Position numbers and translations under genes: made by a program. Below the pieces are notes generated by a model. The model made no database searches. It was not told the origin of the DNA and was given only the letters and a program-made list of their open reading frames with translations. A DNA stretch of 64,000 nt from Chitinophagales bacterium (lineage in GTDB: Bacteria; Bacteroidota; Bacteroidia; Chitinophagales; LD1), in the NCBI GenBank assembly GCA_044228435.1, contig JBGAUW010000003.1, forward strand, positions 215,933 to 279,932, in the 5' to 3' direction. Positions 36,401 to 44,896 of the stretch are shown here, piece by piece (the stretch's first letter is position 1; the number at the start of each line of letters is the position of its first letter).

Positions 36401-39400
36401 CAGCACTTGCTGTTGCGGTGCAACCGTTTACACCATCGGTAACAGTAACCGTATAGGTGTTTGGTGCGCTAACAGTTTTTGTTGCGTTGCTGCCACCATT
36501 GCTCCAGGCATAGCTGCCGCCACCGCTGGCTGTTAGCACAGCACTAATGGTGGTACAGTTTAACGTAGCATTTGCCGGCGTTACTGTAGCAACCGGTGGA
36601 GTAATATTTTGATTAACAACAGCGCTTGCTGTGGCTGTGCAACCGTTGGTTCCGCTGGTTACAGTTACCGTATAAGTGTTGGGTGTGGTAACGGTAATGG
36701 CATTGGTATTGCCGCCTGCGCCCCACAAATAAGTTCCGCCACCGCTGGCAGTTAAAGTTGCAGATGTGCTTGCGCAGGTAAGCGTAGCACTGGCTGGTGC
36801 AATTGTGGCAGTTGGTGGTACTATGTTTTGAGAAACTGTAGCACTGGCAGAGCCCGTGCAGTTATTACCATCGGTTGCGGTTACGGTGTAAGTATTAGGT
36901 GTACTAACTGTTATTGAAGACCCCGACACACTGGTGCTCCATTGGTAAGTTGTTCCTCCACCGGCGGTAAGCAATACCGAAGTGGTGTTACAGGTAAGGG
37001 AGGCCGATGTCGGATTTATACTGGCAACAGGTAAAGCATTTACTACCACAGCTACACTGGCCGAAACAGAGCAGTTATTGCTATTAGTAACAGTTACCGT
37101 GTAGGTAGTATTGCCGGTTGGCGAAACACTACCGCCCGACACATTACCCGCAAGGCCGCTGCTCCAGGCATAGGTAGATATAGTACCACCACCCGCTGTG
37201 GCATTGGCCGCAAGTGTAGTGCTGGCACCATTGCATATTGCTGCTGGTGCTGCTGTTGGCGTGGCCGTTGGCCCGCCTGTAACATTTACTGCCACCGAGC
37301 CCGTAGCAGTACAGTTATTGCTATTGGTTACAGTAACGGTATAGGTAGTTGGTACAGACGGAGAAACTGAGCCGCCTGCTACGTTACCGGCAAGGCCGCT
37401 GCTCCAAGCATAGGTTGAAACGGAGCCACTGCCCGCTGTAGCGTTAGCTGCAAGTGTGCTACTACCCCCGTTGCATATACTCGTCGGTGAGGCTGTAGGC
37501 GCCACCGTAGGCCTTGCATTAACCGCTACCGCCACACTGCCCGTGGCCGAACAGGTATTGCTATTGGTTACAGTTACCGTGTAAGTAGTACCGGTAGCCG
37601 GCGAAACCACACCACCCGAAACGTTACCCACCGGCCCGCTGCTCCAGGCATAGGTTGAAATAGAACCGCTACCTGCCGTAGCATTAGCCGCAAGGGTAGT
37701 GCTTCCACCGGTGCAAATTGCAGCCGGCGATGCCGTAGGCGCTACCGTAGGTGCCGCATTCATAGTAACCGGCACTGCTGTTCTTGCCGAGGTACATCCT
37801 CCTTCAGTGCAGGCAACATAATACGTGGTATTACCGTTTATTGCAGGTGTAGTAAACGTATTACCAGTGCCAAGCGAAGGCCCCCCGGTTAATGCCGCAT
37901 ACCAATTCAGTGTTCCTGCACTGCAGCCTGTGGCAGAAAGGGTGGCCGTGTTACCTGCACATACCGCAACGGCTGATGCTGTAGGCGCTGCTGTGCAACA
38001 AAGCGTTGCCGGAAATATAGACGGTAAATCTGCCGTGCAACCCACATTATTCCAAACACCAAGTTCACCATCAGCGTAAGATTTCATTTTTACGGTACAA
38101 TCTGTTTGGCCGTTTGTGCAGGCTATAACAGCGCGGGCTTGTAGCTGAAAGCAAACCTGCCAGTCTAAGGTGTTTACACCACAATTGGGATAATTACCAT
38201 CACCGTAACTATTATCGGGGTCGGTAGGGTCGCCGGTGCAAAGCCCCGTTTGGGGGCTATAAGAACTTAAAAAATACCATCCCGCTCCCGGATCGGAGCC
38301 GGCCGGAAGTGAACCAACGATGTTATTATAAGTAACACTGCCCGCCGGAAACCACGACCATGCCCCCGCAGCTGTTCCCGCACAAGCATTGGTGCCCGGG
38401 TTTGGTATAACTGATTGAATTACACCCGCAGCAGCCAGCGGTACAGTAATATTAACCGGTCTGCCTTGCGCGTTAAATGAAACAGGGTCCCAACAATCGC
38501 CAAAAGTGGGCACAAACCCCGCCATATAATTACAATTGAATTGGGTATAATCTGTAACGCTATAGCAGAAAGTGACTATCTCACCAGGTTGAAACGGACC
38601 GGTTAAGGCAGAACCCATAGAGGTCGCCGTCACTGTTAAATCCTGGTTTCTATTACAGGCGCTGTTATCGTTATTTACTCTGACACAAAAATTAAAGCTT
38701 CCTTGTACCGCATTGGCATCGGAAACAGCAATCAGGTAAGTTGTATTGGGTGAAACAGTGGTTGTACCGGTAGCGCTACCCGCCGCCCCCTGCACACAAC
38801 TAATAATTGTATAGGTAAGGCAATTAGTGGTAGTAAAAACAGTATAATAAGGATTAGTAAGTGCTGCGCTGGTAAGGCTAAAATCTATTGAGGCACTACC
38901 CGCGCCTGTGGTTATAGAATACCAGGTAGTAGCATTAGGAAAATCGTAGCAGTTGTTTCCGGTAAAATCCGGGCCGGGTGCCAGGCCGGTGTTACAACCA
39001 GTAACACAAGCTTGTGTGCCCGTGGTGTAAGTAATTACAGTAGGCGAAGTACAGGCCACACCCGAACATAAGGGGTTAGATGTGGTGGAACAAATAGTAA
39101 ACGGGCCCGGAGTTCCGTTATAAGCATTCGATACTGTGAAATAGTAGGTAGTTCCACTCACCAATCCGCCAATATTAATATTAAGTGGCGAAGCCCCGCA
39201 GGCACTACCTACAATGGTAAATGAACCGGTGCAGGTTCCCGAAGCTAAGGTAAATTCCATGGTGCCGGCCCAGCCTGCACCAGCGGTTAAAGTACCGGTG
39301 TAATTACTTCCTGTAGCCGTAAAAGAGTACCAAACATCCCGGTGCGAAAACGCAGGTAAACCGGCCTGGCAGCCCACATTATTGGTCCAGTTATCAGTAG

Positions 39401-39548
39401 CGGCTACGGTAGTGCCCGTAACACAAGTTCCATCGGGGGTTATGGTCTGTGCTGCGGTGCACACATCGTTTGCGGGTTGCGCCACTGCCAGCGCAATTGT
39501 AACTGAGAAAATAAAAGCAAAAATATAGCGCATGCGGGCAAATTTCAT
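33426..39548 (-). CDS. 2040-aa repeat-rich adhesin with T9SS type B (gliding motility-associated) C-terminal domain
   Basis: Signal peptide and a Cys-rich N-terminal region. Then 3 x 80-aa repeats, 11 x 73-aa repeats and 3 SprB-type repeats. The C-terminus (PSAFSPNGDGNNDVF...NRWGEKVFE...W.G.) is typical of type B sorting domains. Confidence 0.9.
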   Translation of the reverse strand: MKFARMRYIFAFIFSVTIALAVAQPANDVCTAAQTITPDGTCVTGTTVAATDNWTNNVGCQAGLPAFSHRDVWYSFTATGSNYTGTLTAGAGWAGTMEFTLASGTCTGSFTIVGSACGASPLNINIGGLVSGTTYYFTVSNAYNGTPGPFTICSTTSNPLCSGVACTSPTVITYTTGTQACVTGCNTGLAPGPDFTGNNCYDFPNATTWYSITTGAGSASIDFSLTSAALTNPYYTVFTTTNCLTYTIISCVQGAAGSATGTTTVSPNTTYLIAVSDANAVQGSFNFCVRVNNDNSACNRNQDLTVTATSMGSALTGPFQPGEIVTFCYSVTDYTQFNCNYMAGFVPTFGDCWDPVSFNAQGRPVNITVPLAAAGVIQSVIPNPGTNACAGTAAGAWSWFPAGSVTYNNIVGSLPAGSDPGAGWYFLSSYSPQTGLCTGDPTDPDNSYGDGNYPNCGVNTLDWQVCFQLQARAVIACTNGQTDCTVKMKSYADGELGVWNNVGCTADLPSIFPATLCCTAAPTASAVAVCAGNTATLSATGCSAGTLNWYAALTGGPSLGTGNTFTTPAINGNTTYYVACTEGGCTSARTAVPVTMNAAPTVAPTASPAAICTGGSTTLAANATAGSGSISTYAWSSGPVGNVSGGVVSPATGTTYTVTVTNSNTCSATGSVAVAVNARPTVAPTASPTSICNGGSSTLAANATAGSGSVSTYAWSSGLAGNVAGGSVSPSVPTTYTVTVTNSNNCTATGSVAVNVTGGPTATPTAAPAAICNGASTTLAANATAGGGTISTYAWSSGLAGNVSGGSVSPTGNTTYTVTVTNSNNCSVSASVAVVVNALPVASINPTSASLTCNTTSVLLTAGGGTTYQWSTSVSGSSITVSTPNTYTVTATDGNNCTGSASATVSQNIVPPTATIAPASATLTCASTSATLTASGGGTYLWGAGGNTNAITVTTPNTYTVTVTSGTNGCTATASAVVNQNITPPVATVTPANATLNCTTISAVLTASGGGSYAWSNGGSNATKTVSAPNTYTVTVTDGVNGCTATASAVVSQNVTPPVASVTPASAVLNCTTTSATLTASGGGTYAWSNSANTAAITVTTPNTYTVTVTNSANGCTASASATVTQTAVPPVASINPSTFLLSCTATSTVLTATGGGTYQWSTGVGTNTITVTTPNTYTVTVTDGTSGCTATASAIVSQNIAPPVAAVNPANATLTCTNTSAVLTASGGGTYLWSSGGNNNTITVTTPNTYTVTVTDGTNGCTATASALVNQDITAPVAGVTPATATLTCTANSATLTASGGGTYSWSNGTNTAAITVSTPNTYTVTVTNPTNGCTATAGAVVNQNITPPAVSVSPTSAVLNCTAQNATLTASGGDTFVWSNGDNIAAITVSLPNTYTVTATDATNGCTATAAATVTQTAVPPVATINPAAFTLTCTTTSTSLTATGGGTYQWSTGVGTTSITVSAPNTYTVTVTDLNSGCTATASAVVSQNITPPAAAINPATATLTCASTSAVLTASGGGTYLWSTTDNSSAITVTTPNTYDVTVTDGVNGCTATASAIVNQNTTPPVASVSPATATLFCNAVTANLTAGGGGSYLWSTGEVTASITVNAANTYPVTVTDATNGCTATASATVSSIPPVTAVLAGTNVTCSGGTDGSVDLTVGGGQSPFVFLWSNSAATEDISGISAGTYTVTVTDAVSCSVTASTVITEAVALLATETHTNESCNGYSDATIDVTVTGGTSPYSYQWNDAVTTEDRSNVAPGAYSLTVSDNNLCTTNIQVVVTEPAGMTVSSTVNNPTCETIAPDGSIALTITGSTAPYSYVWSNGAQTATASQLPAGAYTVSVTDANGCSSLNSFSLTYQFAFTVEATPSVYVNLGDEAQLGYTINGNGGNISSVWSPALALSCVDCASPIATPLTTTEYTIRIQNEFGCFATSRTTVFVAPVYDIFLPSAFSPNGDGNNDVFRMYGNLKDIAYLDMQIFNRWGEKVFETNDHNFSWDGTFKSAVQTPQVFIWQLKLVWVDGHREEWRKGSITLMK
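34629..37034 (-). repeat. 11 tandem 219-bp (73-aa) coding repeats
   Basis: By hand count, repeat starts (PPVA..-type) fall at aa 839, 911, 984, 1057, 1130, 1203, 1276, 1349, 1422, 1495 and 1568. The consensus is ..LTASGGGTY.WS.G.N...ITV.TPNTYTVTVTD..NGCTATASA.V.QN. Confidence 0.85.
37035..37754 (-). repeat. 3 tandem 240-bp (80-aa) coding repeats
   Basis: The unit PT.(A)PTA.P..IC.GGS.TLAANATAG.G..STYAWSSG..GNV.GG.VSP....TYTVTVTNSN.C...GSVAV.V starts at aa 599, 679 and 759. Confidence 0.8.
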
Positions 39549-39560
39549 GGGTTCGGCAGG

Positions 39561-39929
39561 TTATTCAAAAATGAAGGATTGGGTAAAGGGGATAAACCCG
39601 GGTGCTGTTATTTGCTTGCGCGACAGCACCTGTAGCTTGCAATACTCCGAAAGCACAAGGGTTACCTCTTCGTTTTCCTTTCGGTTCTTATCAATAACTT
39701 CAAATATATCGGTGGTAAAGGCTTGCCTTATACCTTTGGTAAAAATAAACCGATAAGTGCCATCGTAGGGCTCAACAATATTGGTAGCTTCGGTATTTTC
39801 TGCTGGCTGATTTGCGGGCAAAGCGGTTAATGTTGCTTTGGGGTTATACTGTTTGGTAGCGGTTTGTGCAATGCTAAAAGCCGGCAACAAAATCATTAAA
39901 AATACTGCTTTACGTAAAAATCGAACCAT
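39561..39929 (-). CDS. small secreted hypothetical protein, co-oriented 12 nt upstream of the giant adhesin gene
   Basis: 122-aa ORF with a signal peptide (FLMILLPAFSIAQ). No recognisable domain. Confidence 0.5.
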   Translation of the reverse strand: MVRFLRKAVFLMILLPAFSIAQTATKQYNPKATLTALPANQPAENTEATNIVEPYDGTYRFIFTKGIRQAFTTDIFEVIDKNRKENEEVTLVLSEYCKLQVLSRKQITAPGFIPFTQSFIFE

Positions 39930-40304
39930 AATGCTGCTAAATTTAATAAAAAACCAGGTACTAGCGCTTTAATAACCACTGTACCTTTTGCGCAAATTTA
40001 TCAAATATTCATCCAACGTTATGCGTTATTGGCCTGTATGTAAATAAAAAGTTAACCCTTTTATTATGGCCGGCAACTGCATAAACAATAAGCAGACCCC
40101 GTTTTATTTAAGTGGGTTGCATTCTAACCCCGCAACATGCGTGATAAACAGCCTGTTTGCGGTCCGCTTTTTAGCAGCATTTCCCCTCAGTACCCGGCCC
40201 AACCCTTAAAATTTCAATTTAAAGTGCCCTCTTTTTAAGCCTTTACATAAGGATAACCGCGCCCGCTATTTTTTTATTTGCCCGCGAACAAGCACATTTA
40301 CCTT

Positions 40305-41087
40305 ATGTATTATAAAATAACAGGAAAGGGGAAGGTGGTAGTGCTGTTGCACGGATTTATTGAAGATGGACGTTTGTGGAGCGAAACAGCAAAAGCGCTT
40401 TCGAAAAAATATAAGGTAATAGTACCCGACCTGGAAGGGTTTGGCAACACGCCTTTACACACCCCACAGCTAAGTATGAATTATTATGCCGATGAGGTTT
40501 ACACCCTGCTAAAAAAAGAGAAGGTAAAGCGCTGCGTAATGCTGGGCCACTCCATGGGCGGCTATGTAACCCTGCACTTTGCCGAAAAATATCCGCAATT
40601 GCTGGATGGCTTTGGGCTGGTTAACTCCCATTGTTTTGCGGATAGCGACACCAAAAAAATCAACCGAAAAAAAGGAAATGATTTTTTGCAAAAGCATGGC
40701 ACACAACCTTTTGTAAAAGAGCTTTATAACAACATTTTTCACGCTTCCTTTAAAGCAAAAAAACTACCGGGTGGCATTACGGGCCAGCAATTTATAAACC
40801 GGCTAATCACGCAAGCCGAACAATATACCCCCGAAAGCTTAATTGCAGCCAATACGGCTATGATGAACAGAACCGGCAAAGAAGATATTTTAAAAAATGC
40901 CCGGGTGCCTGTGCTAATGATTAATGGCAAACAAGATGAAAGTGCTCCCTATGCAGCTACCCTGCAACAAGCATCTTTTCCGCCTTTTGCCGATATACAC
41001 TTTTACGATGATGCCAAACACATGAGTTTGTTTGAAAAAAAGAAAGAAACCCGCCTGGCCATTGAGCAATTTTTGACCCGCGTATAG
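40305..41087 (+). CDS. alpha/beta hydrolase
   Basis: Has the HGF oxyanion region (VVLLHGF) and the nucleophile elbow GHSMGG. I prefer the ATG at 40305 over the TTG track start. Confidence 0.8.
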   Translation: MYYKITGKGKVVVLLHGFIEDGRLWSETAKALSKKYKVIVPDLEGFGNTPLHTPQLSMNYYADEVYTLLKKEKVKRCVMLGHSMGGYVTLHFAEKYPQLLDGFGLVNSHCFADSDTKKINRKKGNDFLQKHGTQPFVKELYNNIFHASFKAKKLPGGITGQQFINRLITQAEQYTPESLIAANTAMMNRTGKEDILKNARVPVLMINGKQDESAPYAATLQQASFPPFADIHFYDDAKHMSLFEKKKETRLAIEQFLTRV

Positions 41088-41208
41088 GGCTGCTTTAGGT
41101 AGTATTCTTTAAATATTATCCTAATTACCCGCAGGCAGCCAACGTTTGCCTCAAAAAAAGCGTTTAGTAATAGGCACATTTCAATTTTAGTTAATTTCGC
41201 CATCCTTT

Positions 41209-44200
41209 ATGCATGTAAAAAAAATACTATCAGCCGCTCTAATATTCCTGTCGTTTACAATGGCGCATGCTACCCACATTGTGGGCGGCTATATTTCGTA
41301 TCGTTTTATTTCGGGCACTACCTACGAAATTAAGCTAACCATTTATCGCGATTGCAACAGTACTACGCCGTTTGATGGCACTCCGGGGGCTACCACTTCG
41401 GCTATAGTAGGGCTGTTTGATACCAACGGCAACCTTATTACCACTTACCCGCTTACCGATCCGCTTATTACCAGTATAGATCCGCCCAACGATAACCCCT
41501 GTTTACAGATAACCTCGCCGGCCTGTGTAGAGCAGGGGGTGTATACCGAAACTATTACTCTGCCGTCAGGCACTGCAGGTTATACCCTGGTGCACGAGCG
41601 CTGCTGCCGCAATGGCACTATCACAAATGTTTTCGACCCTGGAAGCGAGGGCGCAGTATACTCGGCTGCTATTCCGCCTACCAATACTTACCAAAATACC
41701 AGCCCGGTGTTTAATAACCTGCCCCCTTTATTTATATGCTTAAACTCTCCTTTGGTATTTAATTACTCAGCTACTGATGCCGATGGCGATGTTTTAACTT
41801 ACAGTCTTTGTACGCCGTATTCGGGGGGGAACACTACGAACCCTGCGCCAGACCCACCTGTTGGCCCACCGTTTAATAATATAAACTGGCAAAGCCCTTA
41901 TTCACTAAATAATTTGTTGGGTGGTACACCTGCATTAGCCATAGATAATACAACCGGTGTTTTAACTGCCAAGCCTAATACCGTAGGGCAGTTTGTATTT
42001 GGCGTATGTGTAAGCGAGTACCGCAATGGCGCATTGCTGGGCACTTACCTGCGCGATTACCAGGTAAACGTAACTGAATGTAATATACCTATAGCCAGCA
42101 TTCCCAGTTTTGCCATTAACCCCAATACCGGCATTGGCACTTACGTTGTAAATTGTACTAACCTCAATATTGATTTTGTAAACGCATCATATAACCCGCC
42201 ACCCTCTTATTACCATTGGGATTTTGGCGTTGCCGGTGCCACTAACGATACTTCTAACCTCACCAATCCATCTTTTACTTACCCCGATAGCGGATCTTAC
42301 CTCGTAACCTTAATTGCTTATAAAACACCAAGCGGCGGACAAACATGCCAGGATACTACCCGGGCTTACGTATATGTATACCCTACCTTTAGCAACGATT
42401 TTACCACCGCCGATGTGTGTAACGATATACCCGCCCGCTTTACCGATGGCACCTTATCTACCGGTGGCAACATTACCGGCTGGCAGTGGAATTTTGGCGA
42501 TGGCACCACCAGCACACAGCAAAGCCCCACCCACCAGTATGGCGCGCCCGGCACATACAATGTAACCCTCATAAGCTCTAACGAAAAAGGCTGTAAGGAT
42601 ACTACCCAAAAAGCTATTAATGTATTGGCTGCACCGGTGGCAAATTTTTCAACCGGCCCTACCTGTATCAATAGCCCTGTTACCTTTACAGTTTCTACCC
42701 CAGGTAACATTGTATCGCAAAACTGGGATTTTGGCGGCGGCAACACCAGCACACAGGCTACGCCATCTTATACTTACACCACGGCCGGCACCTTTCCGGT
42801 AACTTTAATTATTGCCACGCTGGAAGGTTGCGCCGATACCAATACGCAAAACCTTACTATTCATCCCCTGCCGGTCATCAATATTTCTAACGATACTTTA
42901 ATTTGCCCTTTTACATCGGTGCAACTTTTGTCATCGGGCGGTGTAACTTATCAATGGAGCCCTACTACCGGCCTTAATAACCCTAACGGCGCTAACCCGG
43001 TTGCTACACCACCACCGCCAAATGCTATTACTTATACCGTAAACGTTACCGATGCTAACCAGTGCGCTAACCGCGATAGTGTGCGCGTTTCGTTTTACCC
43101 TATACCACAAATTGAGGCAGGGCCCGATACCTCTGTTTGTTTAAACCCCGGCAATTTTCACCCAAGTGTGCAGTTGCAGGCTACCGGTGGTGTAAGCTAC
43201 CAGTGGTCGCCGGCTACAGCTTTAAGCTCCACCACAACATCCAACCCAACTGCCAACCCTACCGTTAATACCACCTACTACGTGCTGGGTACGGATGCCA
43301 ATGGCTGCCGCCTTACCGATTCGCTTACTGTGTTTGTGTTAGACCCTGCCTTAAACGTAATATCAGAAACCTCGCAAACCATTTGCGAACGCGATACCGC
43401 CTACATTACCGTAATTAACCAGGGCGCCAGCAGCTACAGCTGGAACCCAACGCAGTATATTACCGACCCACTGCTTTTAAGCCCCGGCTTTTTTCCGCCC
43501 GATACCACCAACTACATAATAACTATTAGCAATTACTGCTATACTAAAAACGACTCGGTGCTTATTATTGTATGGCCGTTGCCGCAACTCAACTTAAACC
43601 CGCTGGATAGTGTTTGTTTTACCGAAAGCATACAACTACAGGCTAATGGTGCCCAAACTTACCAGTGGGATGCCGACCCTACCTTAAGTGCCACCAACAT
43701 TGCCGACCCTGTTGCCACTCCACCGGTAACTACACGCTACTTTGTAACCGGCACCAGTTCGTTGGGCTGTGTTAACCGCGATAGCACTTTAATACTGGTT
43801 TACTTTCCATCGCTTATACAGGTTACACCGCGCCTGCCTTACGTTTGCTTAGGCGACCCCATACAACTAAACGTAACCGGTGCTTATACATACCAGTGGA
43901 ATGCTGACCCTACTTTATCCAGTCTTACAATAGCTAACCCTATTGCCAACCCTACCGATACTACAACATATTTTGTAACCGCTACCAACATACACGGCTG
44001 CATAACCACCGATTCAGTTACGCTTAATGTGCAGTTTCCGGTTACCGCAACCACCAGCCCTCTGTTCGATGGCTGCCAGGGCAGTCCGGTGCAGTTGCAG
44101 GCTTCAGGTGGCGTTTATTACCTCTGGACTCCCTCGGCAGGACTGAACAATCCTTTCATCAGCAACCCGTTTGCCATGCCCGATAGCACTACTAACTATG

Positions 44201-44775
44201 TAGTTACGGTTAGCAACGATTGCTTTAGCGATAGCGCCATTACACAAGTTATAGTGCACCAGCTGCCATTTGTAGATGCCGGCCCCGATACTTTAATTTG
44301 GCGCGATACGTATGCCGAGTTACAGGGCTACACCGCCGAAACCAACCACTTTTGGAACCCGAGTACCTGGCTGGATGACCCTTACGATTTAAATACGCGC
44401 GCACAACCGCAGCAAACGCAGTACTATGAGTTATTTGCCATAGACCAATACGGCTGCCTTAACATAGACTCTGTATTAATAACTGTAGAGCCATATACCG
44501 TACTGGATATACCTACCGGTTTTTCGCCGGACGGCAACGGCGTAAACGACCTTTTCCGCATAGTGCGTTATTTGAATATTGAAAAGCTGATAGAGTTTTC
44601 GGTATTTAACCGCTGGGGCAACCAGGTGTTTAGCACTACCGATATTACGCAGGGCTGGGATGGCACTTATAAAGGCGAACAGCAACCCCTAAGTGTATAC
44701 ACCTGGCAGGTAATAGCTAATGCTAAAGACGGCACACGCATAGCCAAAAAAGGTAACGTAACGCTGGTAAGATAA
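41209..44775 (+). CDS. 1188-aa PKD/Ig-repeat protein with T9SS type B (gliding motility-associated) C-terminal domain
   Basis: Signal peptide, N-terminal THIVGGYISYRF...IYRDC and several PKD signatures (WDFGVAG, WNFGDGTTSTQQSPTHQY, WDFGGGNTS). Also ~8 repeats of ..LQASGG..YQWSP..GL. and the C-terminus PTGFSPDGNGVNDLF...NRWGNQVF...GWDG. Confidence 0.9.
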   Translation: MHVKKILSAALIFLSFTMAHATHIVGGYISYRFISGTTYEIKLTIYRDCNSTTPFDGTPGATTSAIVGLFDTNGNLITTYPLTDPLITSIDPPNDNPCLQITSPACVEQGVYTETITLPSGTAGYTLVHERCCRNGTITNVFDPGSEGAVYSAAIPPTNTYQNTSPVFNNLPPLFICLNSPLVFNYSATDADGDVLTYSLCTPYSGGNTTNPAPDPPVGPPFNNINWQSPYSLNNLLGGTPALAIDNTTGVLTAKPNTVGQFVFGVCVSEYRNGALLGTYLRDYQVNVTECNIPIASIPSFAINPNTGIGTYVVNCTNLNIDFVNASYNPPPSYYHWDFGVAGATNDTSNLTNPSFTYPDSGSYLVTLIAYKTPSGGQTCQDTTRAYVYVYPTFSNDFTTADVCNDIPARFTDGTLSTGGNITGWQWNFGDGTTSTQQSPTHQYGAPGTYNVTLISSNEKGCKDTTQKAINVLAAPVANFSTGPTCINSPVTFTVSTPGNIVSQNWDFGGGNTSTQATPSYTYTTAGTFPVTLIIATLEGCADTNTQNLTIHPLPVINISNDTLICPFTSVQLLSSGGVTYQWSPTTGLNNPNGANPVATPPPPNAITYTVNVTDANQCANRDSVRVSFYPIPQIEAGPDTSVCLNPGNFHPSVQLQATGGVSYQWSPATALSSTTTSNPTANPTVNTTYYVLGTDANGCRLTDSLTVFVLDPALNVISETSQTICERDTAYITVINQGASSYSWNPTQYITDPLLLSPGFFPPDTTNYIITISNYCYTKNDSVLIIVWPLPQLNLNPLDSVCFTESIQLQANGAQTYQWDADPTLSATNIADPVATPPVTTRYFVTGTSSLGCVNRDSTLILVYFPSLIQVTPRLPYVCLGDPIQLNVTGAYTYQWNADPTLSSLTIANPIANPTDTTTYFVTATNIHGCITTDSVTLNVQFPVTATTSPLFDGCQGSPVQLQASGGVYYLWTPSAGLNNPFISNPFAMPDSTTNYVVTVSNDCFSDSAITQVIVHQLPFVDAGPDTLIWRDTYAELQGYTAETNHFWNPSTWLDDPYDLNTRAQPQQTQYYELFAIDQYGCLNIDSVLITVEPYTVLDIPTGFSPDGNGVNDLFRIVRYLNIEKLIEFSVFNRWGNQVFSTTDITQGWDGTYKGEQQPLSVYTWQVIANAKDGTRIAKKGNVTLVR

Positions 44776-44835
44776 GCTGCGGAATATTTAGGACTGAATG
44801 ATGCAAGTTGCACCTCGAAGTTCTAATGAAACGAA

Positions 44836-44861
44836 AGCCGCGCCTCGCCGGTGGCGCGGCT
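44836..44861. terminator. GC-rich hairpin between convergent genes
   Basis: AGCCGCGCC-tcgccggt-GGCGCGGCT, extendable by CGAAAG/CTTTCG with a bulge. The T-rich tract is only on the minus-strand side (TTTCGTTTCATT). Confidence 0.5.
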
Positions 44862-44896
44862 CCCGACTTTCGCTTGTATCAAAATGCGCCGCCCTA

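Noticed and set aside
34629-37754. Regular tandem DNA repeats that could superficially resemble a CRISPR-like array
   Set aside because: The 219/240-bp periods lie entirely in-frame inside one long ORF and encode Ig-like domains. There are no short repeat/unique spacer alternation and no cas genes.
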